DNA of 64,000 nt from Tagaea sp. (GTDB taxonomy: Bacteria; Pseudomonadota; Alphaproteobacteria; CACIAM-22H2). The notes under the pieces were generated by a model. It saw only the letters and a program-made list of their open reading frames with translations. It searched no databases and had not been told where the DNA came from. The translations under genes and the position numbers were made by a program. Shown here piece by piece: positions 20,512 to 30,458 of this stretch. The first letter of the stretch is position 1. Every line of letters begins with the position of its first letter. The DNA lies in contig CBDIIB010000005.1 in the NCBI GenBank assembly GCA_965279525.1, forward strand, positions 992,001-1,056,000. Reading direction: 5' to 3'.

Positions 20512-20527
20512 GTTACCAACGCGTTAA
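20512..20527 (-). promoter_or_regulatory. Near-consensus CtrA box
   Basis: Minus strand TTAA-cgcgttg-GTAAC versus consensus TTAA-N7-TTAAC; lies just upstream of the 19324-20487 gene. Confidence 0.55.
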
Positions 20528-20552
20528 GCAATCCCGGTTCGGACAGTCCGGA

Positions 20553-20744
20553 TCAGGCTTGAATGTTAACGTTGTTACCGCGTGTGGCGGTCGTGTTCGA
20601 CGTCTGGTTCGTCGGCACCGGGGCCGCCTGGGCCGGTGGCGGCGGCGGCTGGGCGCGCTGGGCGTCGCGCTCGATCCGCGCGGGCGATCCCCCGGTCGGC
20701 GACACCGGCGAGATGACCTTGGGAAGGGGGTAAAGCTCGGCCAT
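20553..20744 (-). CDS. Small Pro-rich protein ending RGNNVNIQA
   Basis: ATG 4 bp after the upstream stop; fills the gap between genes; C-terminal G-x-x-V-[ND]-I-x-A motif. Confidence 0.55.
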   Translation of the reverse strand: MAELYPLPKVISPVSPTGGSPARIERDAQRAQPPPPPAQAAPVPTNQTSNTTATRGNNVNIQA

Positions 20745-20748
20745 CGGC

Positions 20749-20958
20749 TCAGGCAAAGAACGAATAGGTGCCGGAACCGAACGATGCCGACGACGGTGGC
20801 AGCGGCGCCGGGGCGTTCGCGTTCGGCTCGCGCCGCACGCTCTCGGCGCGCGAATTGATGTCCGCCTGCACGGCGGGTGCGGCGATCGGATGCTTGTAGA
20901 CCTGCGCCGTGTTCGGCGAGAACACGGAAGGCATCACCTGATAGCTCATGGATGGCAT
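20749..20958 (-). CDS. Small Pro-rich hypothetical protein
   Basis: ORF immediately downstream of polA, in tandem with the 20553-20744 ORF. Confidence 0.5.
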   Translation of the reverse strand: MPSMSYQVMPSVFSPNTAQVYKHPIAAPAVQADINSRAESVRREPNANAPAPLPPSSASFGSGTYSFFA

Positions 20959-21009
20959 CTTATATCAAAGGCCGGGTCCGGCCAAGCTGGCGCCGGAATC
21001 CCCGTCGAA

Positions 21010-23856
21010 TCAATGCGCTGCCGACCAGTTCGGGCCGGCACCCCAGTCCACCTGGAGCTTGACCGAGAGCTGCACGGCCGGTTCCGCGGCATTCGCCATG
21101 AGCCCGCTGACGAGGGCTACCGTCCGGTCCTGCTCGGCCGGATCGACCTCGAACAGAAGTTCGTCATGCACCTGCAGCAGCAGCCGCGCGTCGAGCTTTG
21201 CAGCCGCCAGTGCTGCCGGAATGCGAATCATCGCGCGCTTGATGATGTCGGCGGCACCGCCCTGGATGGGTGCGTTGATCGCCGCGCGCTCGGCGAATGA
21301 GCGCATCGCCGGATTCTTCGAGCCGATCTCCGGCAGCCAGATGCGCCGGCCGAATGGCGTGGAGACGTAGCCCTGCTGGTGCGCCTCCTTCTTGGTGCGA
21401 TCCATGTAGGCCCGGATGCCGGGATAGCGCTTGAAATACGCCTCGATATAGGCGCGCGCCTCGCCCTGCGGAATGGAAAGCTGGCGCGCCAAGCCGAAGG
21501 CCGAGATGCCGTAGATGATGCCGAAATTGATCGCCTTGGCGCGCCGGCGCGTTTCCTTGTCCATCTTGTCGAGCGGCACGCCGAACATTTCCGATGCCGT
21601 CGTCGCGTGGATGTCCTGGCCCTTGCGGAAGGCGTCCTTCAGCGATTCGATGTCGGCAACGTGCGCCAGCAGGCGCAGCTCGATCTGCGAGTAGTCGAAC
21701 GACAGAAGCGTCCTGCCGGCCGCCGGCACGAAGGCTTCGCGGATCTTGCGGCCTTCCTCGTTGCGAACCGGGATATTCTGCAGGTTGGGATCGGTCGACG
21801 ACAGCCGGCCGGTCGATGCGGCGGCAAGCGCGAAGCTCGTGTGCACGCGCTTCGTGCGCGGATCGATCGCCTCGACGAGAGCGTCGGTGTAGGTCGATTT
21901 GAGCTTCGCGAGCTGGCGCCAGTCGAGCACCATCTGCGGCAGCTTGTGCCCCGTCGCGGCGAGATCATCGAGGATGTCGGCACCGGTCGCGTAGGCGCCG
22001 GTCTTGGTCTTCGACGGCGTCCGGCCATCGGGCAGCGTCAGACCCAGCTCGTCGAACATGACCTTGCCGAGCTGTGCGGGGCTGCCGACATTGAACGGAT
22101 GGCCGGCTTCCTTGTGGATCGACTTTTCCAGTTCGTCGAGACGCAGCGCGAACTCGTTGGACAGGCGCTGCAGCGCCGCGCGGTCGACCGTGATGCCCTC
22201 GGCCTCCATCGCGACGACGACCGGAACCAGCGGACGCTCGATCGTCTCGTAGACGGTCAGCAGCCCTTGCTCGACCAGCCGCGGCTTCAGCGTGCGGTGC
22301 AGGCGCAGCGTGACTTCGGCGTCCTCGGCCGCATAGTCGCGCGCCTTGTCGAGCGGCACCTCAGCGAACGAGATGCGCGCCTTGCCGGTCCCCGTCACCT
22401 CGTCGTAGGCGATCGTCTTGTGCCCGAGATGCAGCTCGGCGAGCGCATCCATGCCATGGCCGTGCGCGCCTGCCTCGAGGACATAGGAGATCAGCATCGT
22501 GTCGTCGATGCTGGCGACCTCGGTAAGCCCGTGGCGCGAAAAGACCTGGATGTCGTACTTGATGTTGTGGCCGATCTTCAGCGTCGCCGGATCGGCGAGC
22601 AGGGGTGCGAGGCGCTTGAGCACCTCGTCGCGCGGGATCTGGCCCTCGACGAGTTTGCCTGCCGAGCCGAAATCGAGGCCGCCGGCGGCAGCGGCCGAAC
22701 CCGCCGACACGTGGGCGACCGGGATGTAGCAGGCATGGCCCGGCTCGACGCACAGCGACACGCCGACCAATGAAGCATTGAGCGCGTCGAGCGAGGTTGT
22801 CTCGGTATCGATGGCGCAGGCCCCGGCTGCCGTCGCGCGCGCGATCCACGCATCGAGCGACTTCAGGTCCTGCACGAGCTCGTATCGAGCCGGGCTGTCG
22901 GCCTTTTCGGGTGCTGCAGGTGCCGCCGACACCGACGGTGCTGACGAGGGTGCAGGCGGCGGCGCATCCGTTCCGCCGGTCAGCAGTCCCGCCGCCTCGA
23001 GCCGCGACAGAGTCGTGCGGAAGCCTTGCGCCTGCAGGAAGCCGCGCAGCTTTTCGGCATCGGGCCGCTTCAGCGTCAACGCGTCGAGCGGTACCGGTAC
23101 GGCGACGTCGTCCTTGAGGCGCACGAGTTCGCGCGAGACGAGTGCCAGCTCCCTGTTGGCCAGCAGGCTCTCGCGCCGCTTGGGCTGTTTGATCTCGCCG
23201 GCACGCTTCAGAAGCGTGTCCAGATCGCCGTAGGTGTTGATCAGTTCGGCCGCCGTCTTGACGCCGATGCCCGGCACGCCGGGCACGTTGTCGGTCGAAT
23301 CGCCGGCCAGGGCCTGCACGTCGACCACCCGGTCGGGCTTGACGCCGAATTTCTCGAAGACCTCGGCTTCGCCGATGGTCTTCTGCTTGATGGGATCGAG
23401 CATCGCCACGCCGGGCCGCACGAGCTGCATCAGGTCCTTGTCGGAACTGACGATGACGACCTCGTCGCCCGCTTCGACGGCGAGGCGCGCATAGGTGGCG
23501 ATCAGGTCGTCGGCCTCGAAGCCGGCAAGTTCGATCGCCGGCAGGTCGAAGGCGCGCGTGGCATCGCGCACGAGCGCGAACTGCGGCACCAGGTCTTCCG
23601 GCGGATCGGGCCGGTGGGCCTTGTACTGGGGGTAGATCTCGTTGCGGAAGCTGACGCGCGAGGTGTCGAAGATGATCGCGATGCGGTCGCCGGCATGCGT
23701 CTCGATCAGGCGCGAGACCATATTGCAGAAGCCCATCACGGCACCCACCGGCGTGCCGTCTGGCCGCGTGAGCGGCGGCAAAGCGTGGTAGGCGCGGAAG
23801 ATGAACCCCGATCCGTCGACCAGACAGACGCGGGCGCGGGACTTTGTCTTGCTCAA
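21010..23856 (-). CDS. polA: DNA polymerase I
   Basis: LVDGSGFIFRAYHA 5'-3' exonuclease, IDTETT 3'-5' exonuclease, TGRLSSTDPNLQNIP, DYSQIELR, KAINFGIIYG, LQVHDEL. Confidence 0.98.
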   Translation of the reverse strand: MSKTKSRARVCLVDGSGFIFRAYHALPPLTRPDGTPVGAVMGFCNMVSRLIETHAGDRIAIIFDTSRVSFRNEIYPQYKAHRPDPPEDLVPQFALVRDATRAFDLPAIELAGFEADDLIATYARLAVEAGDEVVIVSSDKDLMQLVRPGVAMLDPIKQKTIGEAEVFEKFGVKPDRVVDVQALAGDSTDNVPGVPGIGVKTAAELINTYGDLDTLLKRAGEIKQPKRRESLLANRELALVSRELVRLKDDVAVPVPLDALTLKRPDAEKLRGFLQAQGFRTTLSRLEAAGLLTGGTDAPPPAPSSAPSVSAAPAAPEKADSPARYELVQDLKSLDAWIARATAAGACAIDTETTSLDALNASLVGVSLCVEPGHACYIPVAHVSAGSAAAAGGLDFGSAGKLVEGQIPRDEVLKRLAPLLADPATLKIGHNIKYDIQVFSRHGLTEVASIDDTMLISYVLEAGAHGHGMDALAELHLGHKTIAYDEVTGTGKARISFAEVPLDKARDYAAEDAEVTLRLHRTLKPRLVEQGLLTVYETIERPLVPVVVAMEAEGITVDRAALQRLSNEFALRLDELEKSIHKEAGHPFNVGSPAQLGKVMFDELGLTLPDGRTPSKTKTGAYATGADILDDLAATGHKLPQMVLDWRQLAKLKSTYTDALVEAIDPRTKRVHTSFALAAASTGRLSSTDPNLQNIPVRNEEGRKIREAFVPAAGRTLLSFDYSQIELRLLAHVADIESLKDAFRKGQDIHATTASEMFGVPLDKMDKETRRRAKAINFGIIYGISAFGLARQLSIPQGEARAYIEAYFKRYPGIRAYMDRTKKEAHQQGYVSTPFGRRIWLPEIGSKNPAMRSFAERAAINAPIQGGAADIIKRAMIRIPAALAAAKLDARLLLQVHDELLFEVDPAEQDRTVALVSGLMANAAEPAVQLSVKLQVDWGAGPNWSAAH

Positions 23857-23866
23857 CTGCCGGTGC

Positions 23867-24064
23867 TCAGTGGCCGCCGCGCGGGCTGCCGGGCTTCAGC
23901 ACGTATTTGCGGTCGCAATAGGGGCATTCGACGGAGTCGCCGGCCGCCATGGTCAGGTAGACCCGCGGATGGCCGAGGGCACCACCCGTGCCGTCGCACG
24001 CGACCGTGGTCGATTCGACCGTGACCGTTTCGGGGGGCGAGGTTGTCGTTGCGGGGCTGGCCAT
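23867..24064 (-). CDS. Zinc-finger (zf-CHCC) domain protein
   Basis: VACDGTGGALGHPRVYL...VECPYCDRKY. Confidence 0.9.
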   Translation of the reverse strand: MASPATTTSPPETVTVESTTVACDGTGGALGHPRVYLTMAAGDSVECPYCDRKYVLKPGSPRGGH

Positions 24065-24126
24065 GTTCGCTACTTCCGGAATGTTTGACCCTGTCGAGGC
24101 GCGGATGATACCCAATGCACGCCCCG

Positions 24127-25101
24127 ATGCAATCAGCGAAGCAACCCCCGCCCCCGGTTCCCGTCAATGCCCTCGAAATCGAGGGTCTGACGAAGATCTA
24201 TGCCGCGCGCGGCTCGATGCCGGCCAAGACGGCGCTCGACCGGGTCGATCTCGCCGTGCCGCGCGGCGAGATTTTCGGGCTGCTCGGTCCCAACGGTGCC
24301 GGCAAATCGACGCTGATCAACATTCTCGCCGGCCTCGTCAACAAGACCGGCGGCCGCGCGCGCATCTGGGACATCGACATCGATGTCGATCCGCGCGGCA
24401 GTCGCGGCGCCATCGGCATCGTGCCGCAGGAACTCAACCTCGACGCCTTCTTCACGCCGCGCGAACTGCTCGAACTGCAGGCCGGCCTCTATGGCGTGCC
24501 GAAGGCCGAGCGGCGGACGGCGGAAATCCTTGCGGCCGTCGGCCTTGCCGACAAGGCGGACGCCTATGCGCGCACCTTGTCCGGCGGCATGCGCCGGCGC
24601 CTGCTCGTGGCCAAGGCGCTCGTCCATGCGCCGCCGGTCCTTGTGCTCGACGAGCCGACGGCGGGCGTGGATATCGAGCTTCGCCAGAGCCTGTGGCGCT
24701 ACGTGCGCGAACTCAACGCGGCTGGAACGACCGTGGTGTTGACGACGCACTACCTGCAGGAAGCCGAAGAGCTCTGCGACCGCATCGCGATCATCAATCA
24801 TGGCCGCGTCGTCGCATGCGACACGAAGGCCGCCTTGCTCGCGCGCCTCGACGCCAAGGAAATGCGCGTGACGATCGACTGCGATCTCGGCGCGGTCCCT
24901 TCGGCGCTTGCCCCGTTCGCCGTCACGCTCGCCGGGGCACGCACGCTCGTGATGCAGTACCGGCCGAGCCGCACGCGCGTGGACGACCTGCTCGCCGCGA
25001 TCCGCGGCGAGGGCATCGCGATCGTCGACATCTCGACACGCGAAAGCGACCTCGAGGACCTTTTCCTTCAGCTCGTGCGCAGCGCGCCAGCCGCGGCCTG
25101 A
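24127..25101 (+). CDS. ABC transporter ATP-binding protein (ABC-2 exporter type)
   Basis: GPNGAGKST, LSGGMRRR, LDEPTAGVD, TTHYL. Confidence 0.92.
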   Translation: MQSAKQPPPPVPVNALEIEGLTKIYAARGSMPAKTALDRVDLAVPRGEIFGLLGPNGAGKSTLINILAGLVNKTGGRARIWDIDIDVDPRGSRGAIGIVPQELNLDAFFTPRELLELQAGLYGVPKAERRTAEILAAVGLADKADAYARTLSGGMRRRLLVAKALVHAPPVLVLDEPTAGVDIELRQSLWRYVRELNAAGTTVVLTTHYLQEAEELCDRIAIINHGRVVACDTKAALLARLDAKEMRVTIDCDLGAVPSALAPFAVTLAGARTLVMQYRPSRTRVDDLLAAIRGEGIAIVDISTRESDLEDLFLQLVRSAPAAA

Positions 25102-25108
25102 CGACGCG

Positions 25109-26050
25109 ATGAAGCGCCTGCTCGTCCTGCTCGCGGCACTGGCACTGGGTGCCTGCACGCCGATGCTTGCGCCGCGCGGCCCCGACATCCAGCTCCCGCG
25201 CATGACCGGCGACGCCTTCGAGATGGCCGATGGCACCGGCCTGCCCTATCGCGTCTGGCCGGCGGCGGGCGGGACGCCCAGGGCCGTGGTCGTGGCGCTG
25301 CACGGCTTCAACGACCATTCGCGCGCCTGGACGATGCCGGCGGACAGCTGGTCCGCACGCGACATCGCCACCTATGCCTACGACCAGCGCGGCTTCGGCC
25401 GTGCGCCGAATCCGGGAATCTGGCCTGGGACCGACACGCTGGTCGAGGATCTCGCGGCAGCGCTTGCCCTGCTTGTGGCGCGCCATCCCGAGGCGCCCGT
25501 ATTCGTCGTCGGCGAAAGCATGGGCGGAGCGGTCGCGATGGCGGCACTGGCGCGCGGACGGCTCGACGCGGCGACCGGCTCGGTCCTCGTCGCCCCCGCC
25601 GTCCGCGGGCGTTCGACACTGCTGGCCTTCGAGCGCTGGTGGCTCTGGCTTCTCTACAACACGGTCCCGGGCATTGCGCCGACGGTCTCGGTCCCCGGCA
25701 TCCAGCCGTCCGACAATTACGAGATGCTGCGCGAGTTTTCGGCCGATCCCTTGGTGCGCAAGCGCACGCGCGTCGACACGCTCAAAGGTCTCATCGATCT
25801 CATGGACGAAAGCCTTGCGTCGGCACCGCACCTCGTGCGCCCCGTGCTGATCCTGGTCGGCGCGCAGGATTCGCTCGTTCCGAGCGGGCCGATGGCGACG
25901 ATGCTGGCAAGCCTGCCGCCGGCCCCGCCCGCCGACCGGCAGGTCGTCACCTATCCCGCCGGCTTCCACATGCTGCTGCGCGACCGCCAGCGCGGTCGCG
26001 TGCACGCCGACATCGCTGACTGGATCCTCGCGCGCGCGAAGCCGCGATGA
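25109..26050 (+). CDS. Alpha/beta hydrolase lipoprotein (lysophospholipase-like)
   Basis: Lipobox LGAC, ALHGFNDH, DQRGFG, GESMGG nucleophile elbow, C-terminal His in FHML. Confidence 0.88.
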   Translation: MKRLLVLLAALALGACTPMLAPRGPDIQLPRMTGDAFEMADGTGLPYRVWPAAGGTPRAVVVALHGFNDHSRAWTMPADSWSARDIATYAYDQRGFGRAPNPGIWPGTDTLVEDLAAALALLVARHPEAPVFVVGESMGGAVAMAALARGRLDAATGSVLVAPAVRGRSTLLAFERWWLWLLYNTVPGIAPTVSVPGIQPSDNYEMLREFSADPLVRKRTRVDTLKGLIDLMDESLASAPHLVRPVLILVGAQDSLVPSGPMATMLASLPPAPPADRQVVTYPAGFHMLLRDRQRGRVHADIADWILARAKPR

Positions 26051-26628
26051 TTCCGGCGCGCACCGAAGCGGTCGCGTGGCTGCTGGTCGCGATGCCGGGC
26101 GCGCTGCTTCTGGGCGGCTTGTGGTCGGGTGCCTACGACGCATCGCCGTGGCGCTTCGCGGTGCGCGAATCCGGACTTTGGGCGATGCGCCTGACCGTAG
26201 TGGCACTCGCGGTCTCGCCCTTCGTGGCACTGAGCGGGTGGCGCTGGATCGAGCCGTCGCGCCGGGCACTCGGGCTGGGGGCAGCACTCTACGCCTTCGC
26301 ACATGTCTGGTTCTGGACGCGCCAGTACGCCTTCGACTGGCCTTTCCTGCTCGAAGAGCTCGCGCGGCTTTTTCTGCTGCTTGGCCTTATGGCCACGCTC
26401 CTGATGGTCCCGCTCGCGGCGACATCGAACGACTATGCGCGCCGGCGGCTCGGCATGGCCGTCTGGCGATGCCTGCACCTGCTCGTCTATCCGGCTGCCG
26501 TGGCGGGCTGGTGGCACTATGCGCTTGCCGTGCGCCTCGACCGCACGGAGCTGTACGCGCAAGGTGCGGTTGTCGTGGTGGCACTCGCGCACCGGATCTG
26601 GCGTGCGCTGGTACCGGCACGCCGGTAG
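26047..26628 (+). CDS. MsrQ-like heme-binding ferric reductase transmembrane protein
   Basis: SGLWAMR, RRALGL, YAFAH, LAATSND, WRCLHLLVY, WWHY. Confidence 0.82.
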   Translation: MIPARTEAVAWLLVAMPGALLLGGLWSGAYDASPWRFAVRESGLWAMRLTVVALAVSPFVALSGWRWIEPSRRALGLGAALYAFAHVWFWTRQYAFDWPFLLEELARLFLLLGLMATLLMVPLAATSNDYARRRLGMAVWRCLHLLVYPAAVAGWWHYALAVRLDRTELYAQGAVVVVALAHRIWRALVPARR

Positions 26629-26783
26629 GCACGCTGCACTGCAACACTTAGTGCCCACTTCCTGTTGACTCTACCCGGCACCCAAGGGACAGTCGGGCCG
26701 ATCGAATGGCGCCGCACAACCGAAAACGGTGTGTCGGCACGAACGGCTCAAAACCGCCATCGATCCCATGGGAGGAACGTCAA

Positions 26784-27785
26784 ATGAAACGTCTGAAATC
26801 GGCCCTTTTCGGCCTCGCGGCGGGTGTGGCGATCGTGCTGGGCGGCGGCGGGATCGCCAAGGCGCAGCAGGTCATCACGCTGCACGGCGCCACGCAGTTC
26901 AACGACGACCACGCTTTCAACAAGGCGATGCTCAAGTTCGAAGAGCTCGTGAAGCGGTATTACGGCAAGCCGATCAACTTCGTGCTCCACCGCAACAGCG
27001 AACTCGGTCTCGAGAAGCAGTATTTCGAGTACATGGCGCAGGGCCGTGCCGTCGATTACGCGATCGTCTCGCCGGCGCACATGTCGACCTTCTCGAAGGC
27101 GGCACCTTTCATCGACGCGCCGTTCATCTTCCGCGACATCGCGCACTGGAACAAGGTGCTCGACGCCGACCTGCTGAAGCCGATCGCCGACGAGGTCGCG
27201 CAGAAGGCCGAAGTCATGCTGATCGGCTATGCCGGCGGCGGCACGCGCAACATCTTCGTCAACAAGCCCGTACGCAACATGGCGGAGATGAAGGGCCTGA
27301 AGGTGCGCGTCCAGGGTGCACCGATCTGGAGCCGCACGTTCCAGGCGGCCGGCATGGCGCCGACCGTCATCGCCTACAACGAGGTCTACAACGCCATCCA
27401 GAACGGCGTCATCGCCGCGGGTGAAAACGAAGCGGCCGGCGTCGAGCAGATGAAGTTCTTCGAAGTCGCCCCGCATCTGGCGATCACCGAGCACGCGATC
27501 ACGATCCGGCCGCTCTGCTTCTCGGCCAAGACGTTCAAGTCGCTGCCGGCCGACCTGCAGGCCGCGATCGTCAAGGCGGGCAAGGAAGCCGGCGCGCATG
27601 GCCGGCAGATCGAGTCGTCGGAAGACGCCGCCAAGCTCGACGCGCTGGAGAAAGCCGGCAAGCTGAAGCGCGTGCCCTTCGCCGACCGCGCCGAGATGAA
27701 GAAGCTCGTCGATCCCGTGATCGCCGCCTACGCCAAGGAAGTGGACGCGGACAAGATCTTCGCGCAGATCAACGCGCTTCGCTGA
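26784..27785 (+). CDS. TRAP transporter substrate-binding protein DctP
   Basis: GGAGG RBS, signal peptide, GLKVRVQ, YNEVYNAIQNGVI. Confidence 0.92.
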   Translation: MKRLKSALFGLAAGVAIVLGGGGIAKAQQVITLHGATQFNDDHAFNKAMLKFEELVKRYYGKPINFVLHRNSELGLEKQYFEYMAQGRAVDYAIVSPAHMSTFSKAAPFIDAPFIFRDIAHWNKVLDADLLKPIADEVAQKAEVMLIGYAGGGTRNIFVNKPVRNMAEMKGLKVRVQGAPIWSRTFQAAGMAPTVIAYNEVYNAIQNGVIAAGENEAAGVEQMKFFEVAPHLAITEHAITIRPLCFSAKTFKSLPADLQAAIVKAGKEAGAHGRQIESSEDAAKLDALEKAGKLKRVPFADRAEMKKLVDPVIAAYAKEVDADKIFAQINALR

Positions 27786-27800
27786 TCTGGACATGACGAC

Positions 27801-27835
27801 CGCCGCGGCCGGGAAACCGGCCGCGGCGCTGTTTT
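27801..27835 (+). terminator. Intra-operon hairpin after dctP (terminator or mRNA stabiliser)
   Basis: CGCCGCGGCCGG-GAAA-CCGGCCGCGGCG followed by CTGTTTT. Confidence 0.7.
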
Positions 27836-27851
27836 ACGTGGGGGCTTTTCG

Positions 27852-28367
27852 ATGCTTGGACAACAAGCCGGCGCGCCGGGGCTTTGGCGCCGGATCACGG
27901 ACGCCTACAGCCGGTTCCTTTCGTTCCTGCTCGTCGTTTCCGTCGCGATCCTGATCATTCCCGTCACGCTGCAGATCTTCTCGCGCTTCACCGCGCTGAT
28001 CCCGTCCTATATCTGGACCGAGGAGATGGCGCGCTTCCTGTTCGTCTGGACGATCATGGTCGGCGCGATGATCGGCGTGCGCGAGGCGACGCATTTCGAG
28101 GTCGATCTGTGGCCGCAGATGTCGCGGCGCGCCGAAGCGGCGGTGAAGCTGCTGTCCAAGCTCTGCGTGCTGGTGTTCGCCTTCGTCTTCCTTTGGTCGG
28201 GCATCGAGTTCACGCGCTTCGCGTGGTTCCGCTTCTCGGAGCTCGCAGAGCTGCCGCTGTGGCTCATCCACATCGCCTGGCCGATCACCGGCTTCACTTG
28301 GATCGCCTTCCTCGGCGAGCAGGTCGTCGACGACCTGCGCACGATCGCCGGAGGCAACGCGCCATGA
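27852..28367 (+). CDS. TRAP transporter small permease DctQ
   Basis: Four TM segments, WTEEMARFLFVW, HFEVDL. Confidence 0.92.
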   Translation: MLGQQAGAPGLWRRITDAYSRFLSFLLVVSVAILIIPVTLQIFSRFTALIPSYIWTEEMARFLFVWTIMVGAMIGVREATHFEVDLWPQMSRRAEAAVKLLSKLCVLVFAFVFLWSGIEFTRFAWFRFSELAELPLWLIHIAWPITGFTWIAFLGEQVVDDLRTIAGGNAP

Positions 28368-29683
28368 TGGGCTCCGTCCTCACGCCGTCCGACGCGTCCT
28401 GGATCCTGTTCGGGCTGTTCTTCCTCGGCTTGTTCTTGCGCGTGCCCGTGGCTTTCGCGCTCGGTCTCGCGTGCCTGCCGATCCTGCTGATCGAGCCGCG
28501 CCTGTCGGCCATGACGCTCGTCCAGGAGACGTTCAACGCCTACAACTCGTTCATCCTGCTGGCCGTGCCGTTCTTCCTGCTCACGGCCAACCTGATGAAC
28601 GTGGGCGGCATCACCGACAGGCTCGTGCGCCTGTCGCGTGCCCTGGTCGGGCATTTTCCGGGCGGACTCGCGCAGATCAACGTCGTGCTGTCGATCTTCT
28701 TTGCCGGAATTTCCGGTTCGTCGACAGCGGATGCGGCCAGCCAGTCGAAGATCTTCATCGAGGCCCAGCGCAAGGAGGGCTACGACGACAGCTTCTCGGT
28801 CGCCATCACCGCCGTATCCGCCGTGCTCGCGGTCATCATCCCGCCCTCGATCCTGATGATCGTGTGGGGCGGCGTGCTGACGGTTTCGATCGGTGCCCTG
28901 TTTCTGGCCGGCATCATCCCCGGACTGCTGATCGGTCTCGCCCAGATGGGCACCGTCCACGCTTACGCCAAGATCCGCGGCTATCCCACCTATCCGCGCT
29001 CGACCTGGGGCGAGATGTTTGCCGCGCTGATGGTCTCGCTGCCGGCGCTGACCACGCCGTTCATCATCATCGGCGGCAAGATCTTCGGCTGGTTCACGGC
29101 GACCGAGTCCGCCTGCATCGCCGTTCTATATGCGGGCGCCCTGTCGCTGTTCGTCTATCGCGAGATGGACGCCAAGGGCCTTTACAGCGCGCTGCTCGAC
29201 ACCGGCAAGCTCGCCGGCATCGCGCTGTTCTGCGTGGGCACGGCCAGCGCGTTCGGCTGGCTGCTTGCCTACTACCAGATCCCCAAGGCGATCCTTGCCG
29301 GCGTTTCCACATGGGGCATGGGACCGATCGCCACCGGGTTCTTCATTTCCGGCGTCTTCCTCGTGGTCGGCTGCTTCCTCGACGCGATCCCCGCGATCAT
29401 CATCGTGGGCAGCATCCTTCAGCCGCTGGCCCAGGCCGTGCAGATCGATCCCGTCCATTTCGCGATGATCGGCATCGTCTCGCTCGCCTTCGGCCTCGTG
29501 ACGCCGCCCTACGGCCTGTGCCTGATGATCGCGTGCTCGATCGCCGGGATACGCATGGTCGACGCGATCAAGGACACGATGATCATGCTCATACCGATGC
29601 TGGCCGTGCTGGCGCTGCTGATCCTGTGGCCAGGCCTGGTCCTGTTCCTTCCGTCCCTGATCTCGCCGGAGTTCCTGCGATGA
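28364..29683 (+). CDS. TRAP transporter large permease DctM
   Basis: LLAVPFFLLTANLM, GISGSSTADAA, IIPPSILMI, TATESA, LVTPPYG. Confidence 0.93.
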   Translation: MMGSVLTPSDASWILFGLFFLGLFLRVPVAFALGLACLPILLIEPRLSAMTLVQETFNAYNSFILLAVPFFLLTANLMNVGGITDRLVRLSRALVGHFPGGLAQINVVLSIFFAGISGSSTADAASQSKIFIEAQRKEGYDDSFSVAITAVSAVLAVIIPPSILMIVWGGVLTVSIGALFLAGIIPGLLIGLAQMGTVHAYAKIRGYPTYPRSTWGEMFAALMVSLPALTTPFIIIGGKIFGWFTATESACIAVLYAGALSLFVYREMDAKGLYSALLDTGKLAGIALFCVGTASAFGWLLAYYQIPKAILAGVSTWGMGPIATGFFISGVFLVVGCFLDAIPAIIIVGSILQPLAQAVQIDPVHFAMIGIVSLAFGLVTPPYGLCLMIACSIAGIRMVDAIKDTMIMLIPMLAVLALLILWPGLVLFLPSLISPEFLR

Positions 29684-30447
29684 CGCCCGCCGAACGCTTC
29701 TCCCTTGCCGGCCGGCACGCGCTTGTCATCGGCGGCACCAGCGGCATCGGCAAGGCGATCGCGACGGGCTTCCTGCAGTCCGGTGCGACCGTCGTCGTCG
29801 CCGGCAAGAACGAGACGAAGCTTGCCGCCGCGGTCGAAGACCTGAAGCGGCATGGACCCGCCTCGGGCATCGCCGCCGACGTGCGTGCGGACGGCGCCAT
29901 CCGCGGCCTGATCGGCGCCGTGCTCGCCCGGCTCGGGCATCTCGACATCCTCGTCAACTGCCAGGGCATGACGACGCTGAAACCCGCGATCGAGTTCACG
30001 TCGGCCGACTGGGACGAGGTCGTGGGCACGAACCTACGCTCGGTTTTCGTCGCGTGCCAGGAAGCGGGCCACCACATGCTTGGCCGCGGCAGGGGCGCCA
30101 TCCTCAATATCGGATCGCTGTCGAGCTATCGCGGCTGGCCGCGCAGCGCGCTCTACGGACTTTCCAAGACGGCGGTCGTCAGCCTCACCGAGACGCTGGC
30201 GGCCGAATGGGCGACGAAGGGCGTGCGCGTCAACGCGCTGGCCCCCGGCTTCTTCATGACCGAGCTCAACCGCGACAAGATGGCGCCCGAACGCAAGGCG
30301 CTGGCCCTGTCGCGCACGCCGATGGGCCGTTTCGGCGAAGTCGACGAACTTGTCGGCGCGGCGATCTATCTTTGCTCGGATGCCGCCGGCTACGTGACCG
30401 GCGAGACGATCCGCGTCGATGGCGGGTTTCTCGCCAGCGGACTCTAG
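29680..30447 (+). CDS. SDR oxidoreductase (KduD/gluconate 5-dehydrogenase-like)
   Basis: GGTSGIG, YGLSK, VNALAPG, VDGG. Confidence 0.9.
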   Translation: MTPAERFSLAGRHALVIGGTSGIGKAIATGFLQSGATVVVAGKNETKLAAAVEDLKRHGPASGIAADVRADGAIRGLIGAVLARLGHLDILVNCQGMTTLKPAIEFTSADWDEVVGTNLRSVFVACQEAGHHMLGRGRGAILNIGSLSSYRGWPRSALYGLSKTAVVSLTETLAAEWATKGVRVNALAPGFFMTELNRDKMAPERKALALSRTPMGRFGEVDELVGAAIYLCSDAAGYVTGETIRVDGGFLASGL

Positions 30448-30458
30448 GGAGAGACATC

